Origin: Bdellovibrionota bacterium
Lineage (GTDB): Bacteria; Bdellovibrionota; UBA1018; UBA923
Assembly: GCA_040754655.1 (NCBI GenBank)
Contig: JBFMCE010000098.1
Coordinates: 1 to 13,940 of the forward strand
Direction: 5' to 3'
Length of the DNA: 13,940 nucleotides
Shown: in pieces, positions 1-7,681 of the stretch
Numbering within the stretch: position 1 is the first letter of the stretch
How the letters are laid out: every line of letters begins with the position of its first letter
The notes under the pieces: generated by a model
Told to the model about the DNA's origin: nothing
Seen by the model: only the letters and a program-made list of their open reading frames with translations
Databases searched by the model: none
Position numbers and translations under genes: made by a program

Positions 1-2899
1 CGAGCTTGAGTTGAAACGGCAGGTTGTAGCCGAGAACCGTGTTGAGCACCAAGCCTCCGCCAACGCCATCAATCAGCGGTGAGTAGCCGTGCTCGGAAGT
101 CCTTAACTTCGCGGCATTGTAAAATGCGAATGCCCCGAAATTTCGCAAAAACAAGGGCCAGGTGTCAAAACCTTGAAAGAGCTGCGCAAGAGGCACTCCG
201 TATTCTGCGTGAATAATGCCTGCGCGTTGGGTGCGAAATTGACCCAAAGGATAACCTTTGAGCGGAGGATCGAGATCAGACAAGGTTCCGTAACCCCCGA
301 CTTTGACCACCGATTCGGGCACATGAGCCAAAGGACGTGGCGCTACGGCACCGTAAAGAGTCACTCCAAATACGCTGTGGTCAGGGAAAACAGAGAAAAG
401 TTGCTCCCAGCTCACGAGCGCTTTCCAAGCGCCTTCGCCGCGAGAAAAAAATCTTCTCCCGTCTGCTTGGCCTAACGAACCCCGTTCGCTGAAGACCGAA
501 TACCGGTAGCGTTGCCTGGTGTCGTAGTCGACACCTGCGCCCAATCGAAAGTTCGAGGCGAATGCCCTCTGTTCAAAATCCCCATCTCGCCAGGTGCGCG
601 CCCATTCAACCAAAGCTTTAGGCGTCACGGTGGTGAAGTTTCCTGGGAAGGGCCTGCTCAAGTTCAAGGTGAGTTTGCGCTCTTCATTATAACGAGTTTG
701 ACCACGTGAGTTGACCGCGTAGTCAGTGACTTGCGATGATGCCGACAATCCTAATCTGTAAGGCCCGACGCGGTGGAACGTGCCAAAGAAGCCTTCGGGC
801 TTATCGGCGATGGTGTCGTAAAAAGCGAAAAGATTGTACTCCAATTGGTCGACGTCGTCCCAGCCGATGACGGTGGCGCCGACTTGGGTTTGGGCGCCAG
901 ACAACAGAAGGTGTGGCGCCCATATGCGCGGAGCAAGCGATGACAAGAGGTTGTAATCGGTCTCAATCGAATCAATTGGGTTCGCGGGCGCGGGGTCGAC
1001 GTTGGTCTTGTGTTCGGGCAGTTCCCGAAACACCGCTGGTTTTGCGACCGGCGCGTGGTCGGTGTTATGCAGGGTGAACTTCTCGAGCTTTTCTTGATCG
1101 AGCAAAACGGCCCTGATGCCTTGGCTTGTGACGTAACTGGCTGCTAGTTTTGATCCGTCGCTTGAAACGCTTGGCAACCAATACCCGCCGGAAGAGCGCG
1201 CGAGCACTTCAATTTGTTTTGTTGAAACATCTAGCCTTGCAAGATCGTAGTAACCGTCTTTTACACGCGAGAAATAAATCTTTCCGCCTACGGTAGGGCT
1301 TGGAAAAAGCGCCCCGAATCCTTGTTTGCCTCCTCCGGCCACATGCTGGGTCTCTCCGGTCAAGAGGTCTGCCGAGAAAATAGATTCAAGCACTTCAGTT
1401 GAGTGCTCAGCGAAGTACGCCTTTGTGCCTTCAGGGTTGCAACGAGGCGTTGAAACATGGTGGTGGTCTTTCGCCCGGTAAAGCGTGCGAATAGACCCAT
1501 CCTTCAGGTTGAGCAGTCTGACTTCTGAAACCCTTGCGCGTTGAGTGGAATAAACCAGCATAGGCGTGGTTTCTGTCGAACCACCTTCGTTATTAGCTTT
1601 GCCGCGCACTAAGCAATGGTCGGGATCTTTTGCGCGCTCTCGTTTCGTGAGCCTTGTCACTTGCCCAGATTCAAGCTCATAGGCAAACAGATCGCTATAG
1701 GTGTCAAAGCTTCCCCTGAAGTCGGCCTTGGCGTAATAGATTCTTTTTCCATCTTCTGACCAGCTGATGCCAGCTCCCGAGATCGTGTCGTCGAGCTTTT
1801 TGCTCTCGGGAAGCACGTGCGCATCCGCATTCAGCTCCGAGAGCTCGATGAGTTGCAGCGATGGTCGCTGATGGCTCGAGTTCAAAAAGTAAGCGAGCTT
1901 TTTCCCGTCAGGTGAGAGCCTTGCGCCGAGGGCCGTTTCCTGCGCCTGAGTGAGGAATCTTGGATCTTCGGCGCCGCTACTCTTGAGCCACTCGAGTTCT
2001 GGTTTAAGCCTAGTCGCTTGTCTTGAGATCCAATCCGTCCAGAGTTTGAAAAAGCTGATCTCAGGCTTGAGCGACGCGGGGCTGATGTTCTCTAATGCCC
2101 CGTTGAGGAAAAAGGGAATGCGCCATGAGCTTTCTTCCGCATAACGTGCGGGCGCATCTTTTCCAAGTTTCAACATCATTTCCTCAATGATCCCGTAGCC
2201 TGCGAAATACTGTGATTCCCCGAACGGATAGTTCGGGATCGGCCCCATCAGCTCATCAAATTTCAGGAAGTCTTTTTTCCCGAGGACGTCGCGAAACAGC
2301 CCGTCTCTTGTCAGTGTTGAATAATAAGTGCCGTGCCCTCTGCCTCCGTGGCTGAAAGCGCTCTCTGCGTACACGGCCATTCCTTCAGCAAGCCAGGTGG
2401 GCCAGAGGTGGTTGGGGAACACGAGATTACCCAAAAGATAATGCGCGATCTCAAAAATCCCGCGTCTTTGCTCAAGGGTCAAGTAGTGGGTGTACTCGTG
2501 GATGATCAGGCTCCTTAACCAGTGGTCATATTCGCCAATAGAAGAATACGGATCAGGCGCAGTCAAAAAGAGCACGATCCCTTGTCGCCCTACTGCGCTT
2601 GTCACTCCGTTGGCGAAATCTTGGTTGTCAGCCAAGATGATCGTCGTCTTGTGCGAAGGCGCATACTGAAAAGTTTGAGAGAGAAACCCATGAGATTCTT
2701 CTAAGTACTGGGCCGAGAGCCTCGCTTCGGGTTCAAATTCGTCGGGGTATATGATCTTAAAGTTTGGCGTGAAGATCTGCTTGTAATTGGCGTGCGGGGG
2801 CAATGACAAGATGTCTCCCAAGAACGCGCCAAAACAAGGCGTGCTCAAAAGAGCAAACAAGAGGATGGTGATTGGAGCGAAGCGGTTTTTAATGTGCAT
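1..2899 (-). CDS. Omp85/BamA-TamA-superfamily outer-membrane protein with N-terminal HExxH metallopeptidase-like domain and PD40/TolB-like beta-propeller (3' end outside window; >966 aa)
   Basis: Not in the ORF track. Manual translation from ATG at 2899 is stop-free down to base 2. Signal-peptide-like N-terminus MHIKNRFAPITILLFALLSTPCFG. Zincin motif IIHEYTHY (HEYTH 2486-2500) followed by WPTWLAEGMAVYAES (E at 2384-2386). PD40-like repeats LSPDGKKLAYF, ISWSEDGKRIYY, CNPEGTKAYF, VSSDGSKLAA (~1950-1100). Omp85-like C-terminal strands PPLKGYPLGQF...AEYGVPLAQL...DGVGGGLVLN. The ATG overlaps the ygfZ stop (TGATG). Confidence 0.88.
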   Translation of the reverse strand, partial: MHIKNRFAPITILLFALLSTPCFGAFLGDILSLPPHANYKQIFTPNFKIIYPDEFEPEARLSAQYLEESHGFLSQTFQYAPSHKTTIILADNQDFANGVTSAVGRQGIVLFLTAPDPYSSIGEYDHWLRSLIIHEYTHYLTLEQRRGIFEIAHYLLGNLVFPNHLWPTWLAEGMAVYAESAFSHGGRGHGTYYSTLTRDGLFRDVLGKKDFLKFDELMGPIPNYPFGESQYFAGYGIIEEMMLKLGKDAPARYAEESSWRIPFFLNGALENISPASLKPEISFFKLWTDWISRQATRLKPELEWLKSSGAEDPRFLTQAQETALGARLSPDGKKLAYFLNSSHQRPSLQLIELSELNADAHVLPESKKLDDTISGAGISWSEDGKRIYYAKADFRGSFDTYSDLFAYELESGQVTRLTKRERAKDPDHCLVRGKANNEGGSTETTPMLVYSTQRARVSEVRLLNLKDGSIRTLYRAKDHHHVSTPRCNPEGTKAYFAEHSTEVLESIFSADLLTGETQHVAGGGKQGFGALFPSPTVGGKIYFSRVKDGYYDLARLDVSTKQIEVLARSSGGYWLPSVSSDGSKLAASYVTSQGIRAVLLDQEKLEKFTLHNTDHAPVAKPAVFRELPEHKTNVDPAPANPIDSIETDYNLLSSLAPRIWAPHLLLSGAQTQVGATVIGWDDVDQLEYNLFAFYDTIADKPEGFFGTFHRVGPYRLGLSASSQVTDYAVNSRGQTRYNEERKLTLNLSRPFPGNFTTVTPKALVEWARTWRDGDFEQRAFASNFRLGAGVDYDTRQRYRYSVFSERGSLGQADGRRFFSRGEGAWKALVSWEQLFSVFPDHSVFGVTLYGAVAPRPLAHVPESVVKVGGYGTLSDLDPPLKGYPLGQFRTQRAGIIHAEYGVPLAQLFQGFDTWPLFLRNFGAFAFYNAAKLRTSEHGYSPLIDGVGGGLVLNTVLGYNLPFQLKL

Positions 2900-3888
2900 C
2901 AAGAAGTTTTTAGCCCGGATCTTTCAATCTTCACATCCACGGTTTGTCCATCAGCCATTGTAAACTTTTGGTTTGTGTTTGCGAATGTGCGTTTCAAATA
3001 TCCTAGCCCCACCCAGCCCGATTCGAAAGGATGATCTGTGCAACTGGTCAGGGTTCCAGCTTCACTGTTTTCCGCGAGCAGCGGCGTCGAAGGAAGGGGG
3101 CTTTTCCCTTGTCCAAACACCTGAACCAAAACGCGAGGAACTTGTCCCATTGACCGAATCCGTTCAATGACCTCTTGTCCGGGATAACAGCCCTTGTTTT
3201 CGTGAAGCGCATCGTCAAGCCCGGCTTCAAGAGGAAGTGTTTTAGGTGTGAGCTCGTAGAGCGGACCGGGGTCTCGCGCCCAGATGCGGTATTTTTCAAG
3301 TGAGGGCACTCGATGAAAACCAGCGGCCCTCAACCCAGAAATCAAAGTCGACGCTTGGGCGGTTTTCACCAAAATTCCAAGGTCAAACGCAATGGGCGCG
3401 CAAGACCACTTTGCCTCGTTCCATCCAATCCAAGAGCCATCGTGGTTTTTGTGGAAAGCACGACTAGACTCTTGTCCTCTGCCTTCCCAGAGCGCAGCCA
3501 GCGGAGGTGAGAACTTTTCCAAGGCGCTTTTTTCAGCACCGACGGCGCGTAAATAAATCCATTCCGATGGCAGAGGAGAGATCTTCAAGTCTTCTATGAA
3601 ATGGAGCTTCTCAAAATCTTCAAACCCGCCGTTTGCCGCGGCCTTTCCCTCTTGAAGGGGAGCTAGCAAGAGCAAGTAAGTGGCTGGGCCGAGAGCAATC
3701 GCTTTGAAATACTGGACAAGCTTGCCATTGGCTTGAAGAAGGGTCGCAGGAGTGATTTCGCCTGGTTGAAGGATTTTGAAATTCGCCGAAGTCAATCGAT
3801 GCAGAAAGTCTTTTGAATCGGCACCGCTGATTTCGAGCGTTTCCCATCCTTGCATTTGAGCAAACTCAAAAAAGCGTGTTGACGGCAT
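2899..3888 (-). CDS. ygfZ: YgfZ/GcvT-like folate-binding protein (Fe-S cluster / tRNA-modification associated)
   Basis: Signature KGCYPGQE, N-terminal LEISGADSKDFLHRLTS, and C-terminal GTLTS...GLGYLK. Start moved from the ORF-track 3993 to ATG 3888 (MPSTRFF), 10 nt after the PilZ stop, giving 329 aa. Confidence 0.9.
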   Translation of the reverse strand: MPSTRFFEFAQMQGWETLEISGADSKDFLHRLTSANFKILQPGEITPATLLQANGKLVQYFKAIALGPATYLLLLAPLQEGKAAANGGFEDFEKLHFIEDLKISPLPSEWIYLRAVGAEKSALEKFSPPLAALWEGRGQESSRAFHKNHDGSWIGWNEAKWSCAPIAFDLGILVKTAQASTLISGLRAAGFHRVPSLEKYRIWARDPGPLYELTPKTLPLEAGLDDALHENKGCYPGQEVIERIRSMGQVPRVLVQVFGQGKSPLPSTPLLAENSEAGTLTSCTDHPFESGWVGLGYLKRTFANTNQKFTMADGQTVDVKIERSGLKTS

Positions 3889-3898
3889 GAGCCTGGTT

Positions 3899-4288
3899 CT
3901 ACTCTTCTGTGCTGTCCGTCGCAACCTTTGAAATATAGGCATAGACAGCGAGTTGGTTTTCCCGGGCTGCATCGTCGGCAGGCGAAAAATCAATTCCCAG
4001 TCGAAAAGGATGGGTCAGGGGCGCGGAAGGGTCGCCGCGCGTGGGCGAGCACCACACAATCCGCCCCTCAAGGGGCGGGAAGGACACTCCTTCGATCGAC
4101 AAGAGCACTCGGGTTTTGACAGGGACTTCGAACTTCGCGAAAACACCGGCACCGCTCTTCGAAACATCCTTGAGTGAAATCAGACAGGCCGTCACCTGGT
4201 TTCCGCTGATCAAGGCAAGGTGCCCCTTTAATGGATGGCTGCTCAGTTCAACTCGTGAATGTTTGCGATCTTCTCTTTTCCCAGACAT
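3899..4288 (-). CDS. Stand-alone PilZ-domain protein (putative c-di-GMP receptor)
   Basis: Both PilZ motifs present: RxxxR (DRKHSRV) and D/NxSxxG (LKDVSKSGAG), plus GRIVW and RLGIDF strands. Start set at ATG 4288 (MSGKREDR, 129 aa) because the longer ORF-track start overlaps the divergent gene. Confidence 0.88.
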   Translation of the reverse strand: MSGKREDRKHSRVELSSHPLKGHLALISGNQVTACLISLKDVSKSGAGVFAKFEVPVKTRVLLSIEGVSFPPLEGRIVWCSPTRGDPSAPLTHPFRLGIDFSPADDAARENQLAVYAYISKVATDSTEE

Positions 4289-4301
4289 GGTTTTCCATCC
4301 A

Positions 4302-4329
4302 AGGTTACCATGGGGCAGCCAATCCGCAA
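4302..4329 (-). promoter_or_regulatory. Putative sigma70-type promoter for pilZ-ygfZ-omp85
   Basis: Minus strand reads TTGCGG (4329-4324), a 16-nt spacer ending in TG-G, then TAACCT (4307-4302), 13 nt before the ATG at 4288. Motif match only. Confidence 0.35.
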
Positions 4330-4371
4330 GCGCGATAGTCGCCTCCGAAAAATCCCCATCCGCATCGAGTG

Positions 4372-4380
4372 TGGTAGAGT
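4372..4380 (+). promoter_or_regulatory. Putative extended -10 element for the exonuclease-WYL gene
   Basis: TG-G-TAGAGT ends at 4380, 6 nt before the in-frame GTG at 4387. No convincing -35. Confidence 0.3.
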
Positions 4381-4395
4381 GAAGCTGTGGAATCG

Positions 4396-5298
4396 ATGGA
4401 AACTCTTTTAGAAGAAAATATTTCAAACTTTCGCGTGGTCGCCTGGGACACGGAAACCACTGGCGTCTCTAGCTACTCCGATTACATTATTGAGGTAGGC
4501 GCCATCGCGTTTGATGAAGACTTTGAACTCAGGCGTTTCGAAACGCTTGCCAAGCCTCCGGTGCTGATTCCCGCGGGCGCGACGAAGATTCACGGGATCT
4601 CAGATGAGATGGTGGCTCATGCGCCGCGAATATTCGAAGGCCTGGCTCAGTTCTCTGAGTTTTTGAGCTTCGTCGGGCAGCCTCGTTTTTTGGTCGCCCA
4701 CAACGCCGGTTTTGATGTCGGGATGGTGCATGGGCAGGTGAGGCATTTTGACGAAAAGCTAGAGTGGTCTTCTGGCACCGAAATAGTCATTGATACCTGC
4801 ATGATGGCCAAAGTGCTCTTGCCTGAATTGCCGCAACACCGGGTCGAAGACCTTGTGACACACTTCAAGCTTCCTCGGGTTCGGTTTCATCGCGCAATGG
4901 CGGATGTCGAAGCGTTGAAAGGGATTTTTTTAGGGCTCATTGGCGTTGCGGCGGATCGTTACGCTAGTTTCGAAAAAGGGTTCACCTTAAGCCGGTTGAT
5001 CGATCTTGCGGGAGGATATTTCCTCCTCGACCCGAAAAGATCGGAGCTGCGTAAGCATGCCTTTTTTCTGCCGCCGCGCATCGCGGTGCTTGAAAAGCTT
5101 TGCGGGCAAAGCGCCAAAGTGGCGATCGTGTACGACTCAGAAGAGGATTACCGGTATATCACGCCGATCGATGTCCGGGTGAAGGCGTTTCGAGTGTATG
5201 TCGAGGCTTTTTGCCATCGCGACAATATCAAGAAAACATTCCGAGCCGATCGAATCTTGCGCATTGGAAAGGTTGAGGATGCGTGCGTATTAGAATGA
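4396..5298 (+). CDS. DEDDh 3'-5' exonuclease (DnaQ/PolIII-epsilon-like) fused to a C-terminal WYL domain
   Basis: ExoI WDTETTG, ExoII VAHNAGFDVGM and ExoIII FHRAMADVEAL are intact, with IHGISDEMV and IDTCMMAK also typical. The C-terminal ~70 aa (KVAIVY...YRYITP...VYVEAFCHRDNIKKTFRADRI) match the WYL pattern Y...R.v.P...wYl.a.C..R...RtFR.DRI. Start is ATG 4396 or GTG 4387. Confidence 0.88.
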   Translation: METLLEENISNFRVVAWDTETTGVSSYSDYIIEVGAIAFDEDFELRRFETLAKPPVLIPAGATKIHGISDEMVAHAPRIFEGLAQFSEFLSFVGQPRFLVAHNAGFDVGMVHGQVRHFDEKLEWSSGTEIVIDTCMMAKVLLPELPQHRVEDLVTHFKLPRVRFHRAMADVEALKGIFLGLIGVAADRYASFEKGFTLSRLIDLAGGYFLLDPKRSELRKHAFFLPPRIAVLEKLCGQSAKVAIVYDSEEDYRYITPIDVRVKAFRVYVEAFCHRDNIKKTFRADRILRIGKVEDACVLE

Positions 5299-6056
5299 GC
5301 CTGTGGCCGGTGTTTGTTCTCGTTGTTGCGATGCACTCTTTGGCGTCGACGCAACCTCAGCCCAGCGGCTTACCTTCGCCCAGCCCTTCAGCCGAGCCCA
5401 AGCCTGAGGAGCGTGATCCTTCGATTTTATCGTTTCAAGGCATCAGCCCTCTGTTGTGCACGGGGCAGTATGGCACCCATTCCTGCATGGCCTCGCTTCA
5501 TGTCAACTCCTGCGGCAATAAGATCGAATTCGAATGGAAACCGCTGCATCTCGCAGGCCATACTCGTTGGGAGAAAAACCATCGCAGCTGGTGCCGGATT
5601 CTCTTTGAGTCTGAGAACATGCGATTTGAGACAAAGCTGGCTCCGGCTCGGTGTCTACGGATCGCCAAGACCCTGTCGCAAGGGTTGAGGCGGCTTCCGG
5701 AAACGAAGCTTGCCGAAACCTCGTGCGGCAAGACCTCAAGCCCGTATGGGCTCTTGAAACTCGAGCAGCGTTGGGATTACGCCGCGGAAACCAAACCAAT
5801 TTTATTGGATCAACTGGTAGGCCTGAAACAAAACTGGGCGGCTCCTCCTGCCGTGCTCGTGGCTGCAGAAGACCTGGCATCTTGCAGGCTTATGGCATTT
5901 CAGAAAAATGACAAGCGGGCCTCTCGCCGTAAGAAGAAGCCTCCTCCAATCCACATCATGCGTTGTTCAATTCTTCCCATTCCCGTGCAGGATTGGCTCA
6001 CGAGCCTGCTGGCCCAGCTTGGGGTCAGGCTCGAAATCAAACCGAGTTTCGACTAG
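5295..6056 (+). CDS. Hypothetical secreted protein (253 aa, Pro-rich linker, 8 Cys)
   Basis: ATG 5295 overlaps the exonuclease stop (ATGA). Signal-peptide-like MSLWPVFVLVVAMHSLA, then a PQPSGLPSPSPSAEPKP linker. No family recognised. Confidence 0.7.
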   Translation: MSLWPVFVLVVAMHSLASTQPQPSGLPSPSPSAEPKPEERDPSILSFQGISPLLCTGQYGTHSCMASLHVNSCGNKIEFEWKPLHLAGHTRWEKNHRSWCRILFESENMRFETKLAPARCLRIAKTLSQGLRRLPETKLAETSCGKTSSPYGLLKLEQRWDYAAETKPILLDQLVGLKQNWAAPPAVLVAAEDLASCRLMAFQKNDKRASRRKKKPPPIHIMRCSILPIPVQDWLTSLLAQLGVRLEIKPSFD

Positions 6057-6117
6057 AAACCAGGGCTCCACTTTGATAAGACGCGATGCATCTTGATAGG
6101 GTGAGGAGTATCGCGAC

Positions 6118-7314
6118 ATGGTTATCTTTTCGAGTGTAAAGCGTCGGTTTGTATTTGCGTTTTTGTGCGTGGCGCTCAGCATGAGCGCTTTTGCCAGTGA
6201 AGAAGACGAATTTTCGATCTGTGATCGTCTTGAGGAAAAACTTGCCTCCGACAACAAAGATTTCTTTTTGAGCCTTCAGGCTGAGCGCAAAGAACTCTTA
6301 GAAAAAACTCGGAAACAATTGGCCTTAAGTTACAGCGCGTTGGTCGGGCTTTCGAACTCGATTCTTTCTGATGAAGGCGTCAGCCGAAATTATCTGGTCG
6401 ATTACCAAGAATTGGTTGCCCAGGCGCAACATAATTTGCATGAGCGCTATTCGCAAACATTCCTTGATCATTTGAAGATTAAACTTGAACAATTCATCCG
6501 CAATCATAAGCCGCTTGTCTTGGCCGAGGTAGGTCCTGCAATAGCGCGAGCGCTTGACGCAAAAACTTTTGACGGAGCGGCTTCGGCCGGGAAGGGTTAT
6601 GATTGGTCCTGCCAATTCGACGGGAAAACGTGTCCGACGTTATTTTCTTTGCCTCAGTCGACAGTGCTGAGCTCTGTTGAGGATTTTACGGCTCAATCTG
6701 GGCAGCATTGGCTCAATTTGGGCGGGTCAGCCACTGGGGAAATCTTGATCGGACCTCTGTCACGCAACGCCTTGGCATATGAACTGATCAAAGAACCTCG
6801 AATCGAGTATCCTAACGTTAAAGAGCTGCATGTCAAATTTATAGACGGGGAAATGGAATTCGTTCTTGTCAGCGAAATCGTGGTTGAACCTGCCAGAAAA
6901 CTCGGACGTGTTTCTACGTTTGAGGTGCAAGCAAGGTTGCCTTTGAATTGGAAGGCGGGACAGTATCGGGCGCCAGACAGGCCGATGTTCAAGACCGCGT
7001 TTGTTCTGAATGCCCTGAAATCCCGTCCGGAACTGAGTGCAGAAGAGCTTGAAAAGGAACTTTTGCTTAAACTTCCATCTGCTGTAGAGCGAGAACAGTT
7101 CCTGAGTTACGAAATTGTTGCCGCAGTGACTCAAGTCTGTCTTGGGGCGCCTGAAGAAGACAGCCCCGGGTCTGAAGAAGAATCCAATGCTTCTCCTGAG
7201 TCTGACGATCAAACTACGGATACGTCGACGACAGGTGGCGCCCAGTATCCGTCGGCCTTTCCCGATGAAATCCCCTGCTTAGGCGACGAGTGCTTGCTAG
7301 AGCTGAGGAAGTAG
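6118..7314 (+). CDS. Hypothetical secreted protein (398 aa) with acidic low-complexity C-terminal linker
   Basis: Shine-Dalgarno GAGGAG at 6103-6108. Signal peptide KRRFVFAFLCVALSMSAFA|SEE. Helical N-terminal part, 6 Cys in the mature region, acidic tail EEDSPGSEEESNASPESDDQTTDTSTT. Confidence 0.8.
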   Translation: MVIFSSVKRRFVFAFLCVALSMSAFASEEDEFSICDRLEEKLASDNKDFFLSLQAERKELLEKTRKQLALSYSALVGLSNSILSDEGVSRNYLVDYQELVAQAQHNLHERYSQTFLDHLKIKLEQFIRNHKPLVLAEVGPAIARALDAKTFDGAASAGKGYDWSCQFDGKTCPTLFSLPQSTVLSSVEDFTAQSGQHWLNLGGSATGEILIGPLSRNALAYELIKEPRIEYPNVKELHVKFIDGEMEFVLVSEIVVEPARKLGRVSTFEVQARLPLNWKAGQYRAPDRPMFKTAFVLNALKSRPELSAEELEKELLLKLPSAVEREQFLSYEIVAAVTQVCLGAPEEDSPGSEEESNASPESDDQTTDTSTTGGAQYPSAFPDEIPCLGDECLLELRK

Positions 7315-7332
7315 AATAAGCAGTTGTCACTT

Positions 7333-7359
7333 TCAAGAGCGTCGTAACGTGGCCGACAT
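7333..7359 (+). promoter_or_regulatory. Putative sigma28 (FliA) promoter
   Basis: TCAA-N15-GCCGACAT (TCAAG at 7333, GCCGACAT at 7352-7359) has the spacing of the FliA consensus T(A/C)AA-N15-GCCGATAA and ends 34 nt upstream of the ATG at 7394. Confidence 0.55.
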
Positions 7360-7393
7360 CCGTTGGCATCTTTTGGAATGAGACGGGGGTATC

Positions 7394-7675
7394 ATGAAAA
7401 GAACTTTTTTTGTTTTATTGGGTTTCTTCATTTCACTAAGTGCAGGCGCAAGTGAGATGAGCGCGAAGGAGTGCGAAGAGAAGCTTTCTGCTCTCGTTAG
7501 AGATGCGATTGCACTTGGAAGGGCCGGCGAACTAACCCGTACCGTTTACAGGGACGGGAATTCGGACGCCGTGATTCAGGCCTATCTTCTGATGACTAAG
7601 AGGCTCAATAGAAAAGTCTCAGCCCTCGAAACTGAGATCTCTCGCGATTGTATGAGAAAAGATCTGAAAGAGTAG
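7394..7675 (+). CDS. Small secreted hypothetical protein (93 aa)
   Basis: G-rich RBS (GGGGG) before the ATG. Typical signal peptide MKRTFFVLLGFFISLSAGA|SE. Mature part looks helical, with one Cys near each end. Confidence 0.75.
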   Translation: MKRTFFVLLGFFISLSAGASEMSAKECEEKLSALVRDAIALGRAGELTRTVYRDGNSDAVIQAYLLMTKRLNRKVSALETEISRDCMRKDLKE

Positions 7676-7681
7676 CTCTGG

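Noticed and set aside
103..2704. Short ORF-track ORFs in 103-2704 (e.g. 173..475, 512..709, 751..975, 1950..2144, 2333..2518, 2522..2704)
   Set aside because: All lie inside or antisense to the continuous 966-codon minus-strand Omp85-like frame and have no recognisable motifs.
3889..4426. ORF-track N-terminal extensions of YgfZ (to 3993) and PilZ (to 4426)
   Set aside because: They would overlap neighbouring genes. The internal ATGs at 3888 and 4288 give normal domain boundaries and spacing.
5913..5948. KRASRRKKKPP resembling a eukaryotic nuclear localisation signal
   Set aside because: Basic patches are common, and nothing in the window supports delivery into a eukaryotic host.
6073..6102. 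TTGATA direct repeat (6073, 6093) flanking the imperfect palindrome AAGACGCGATGCATCTT; possible operator or TTGATA-18-TAGGGT promoter
   Set aside because: Short and imperfect, not the FNR inverted arrangement, and a start site there would cut off the good GAGGAG RBS. It cannot be distinguished from chance.
4387..7675. Exonuclease-WYL plus three hypotheticals as an anti-phage defence island or horizontally acquired cassette
   Set aside because: No integrase, transposase, tRNA, flanking repeats or recognisable defence genes. The hypotheticals are exported and the flanks are housekeeping-type genes.
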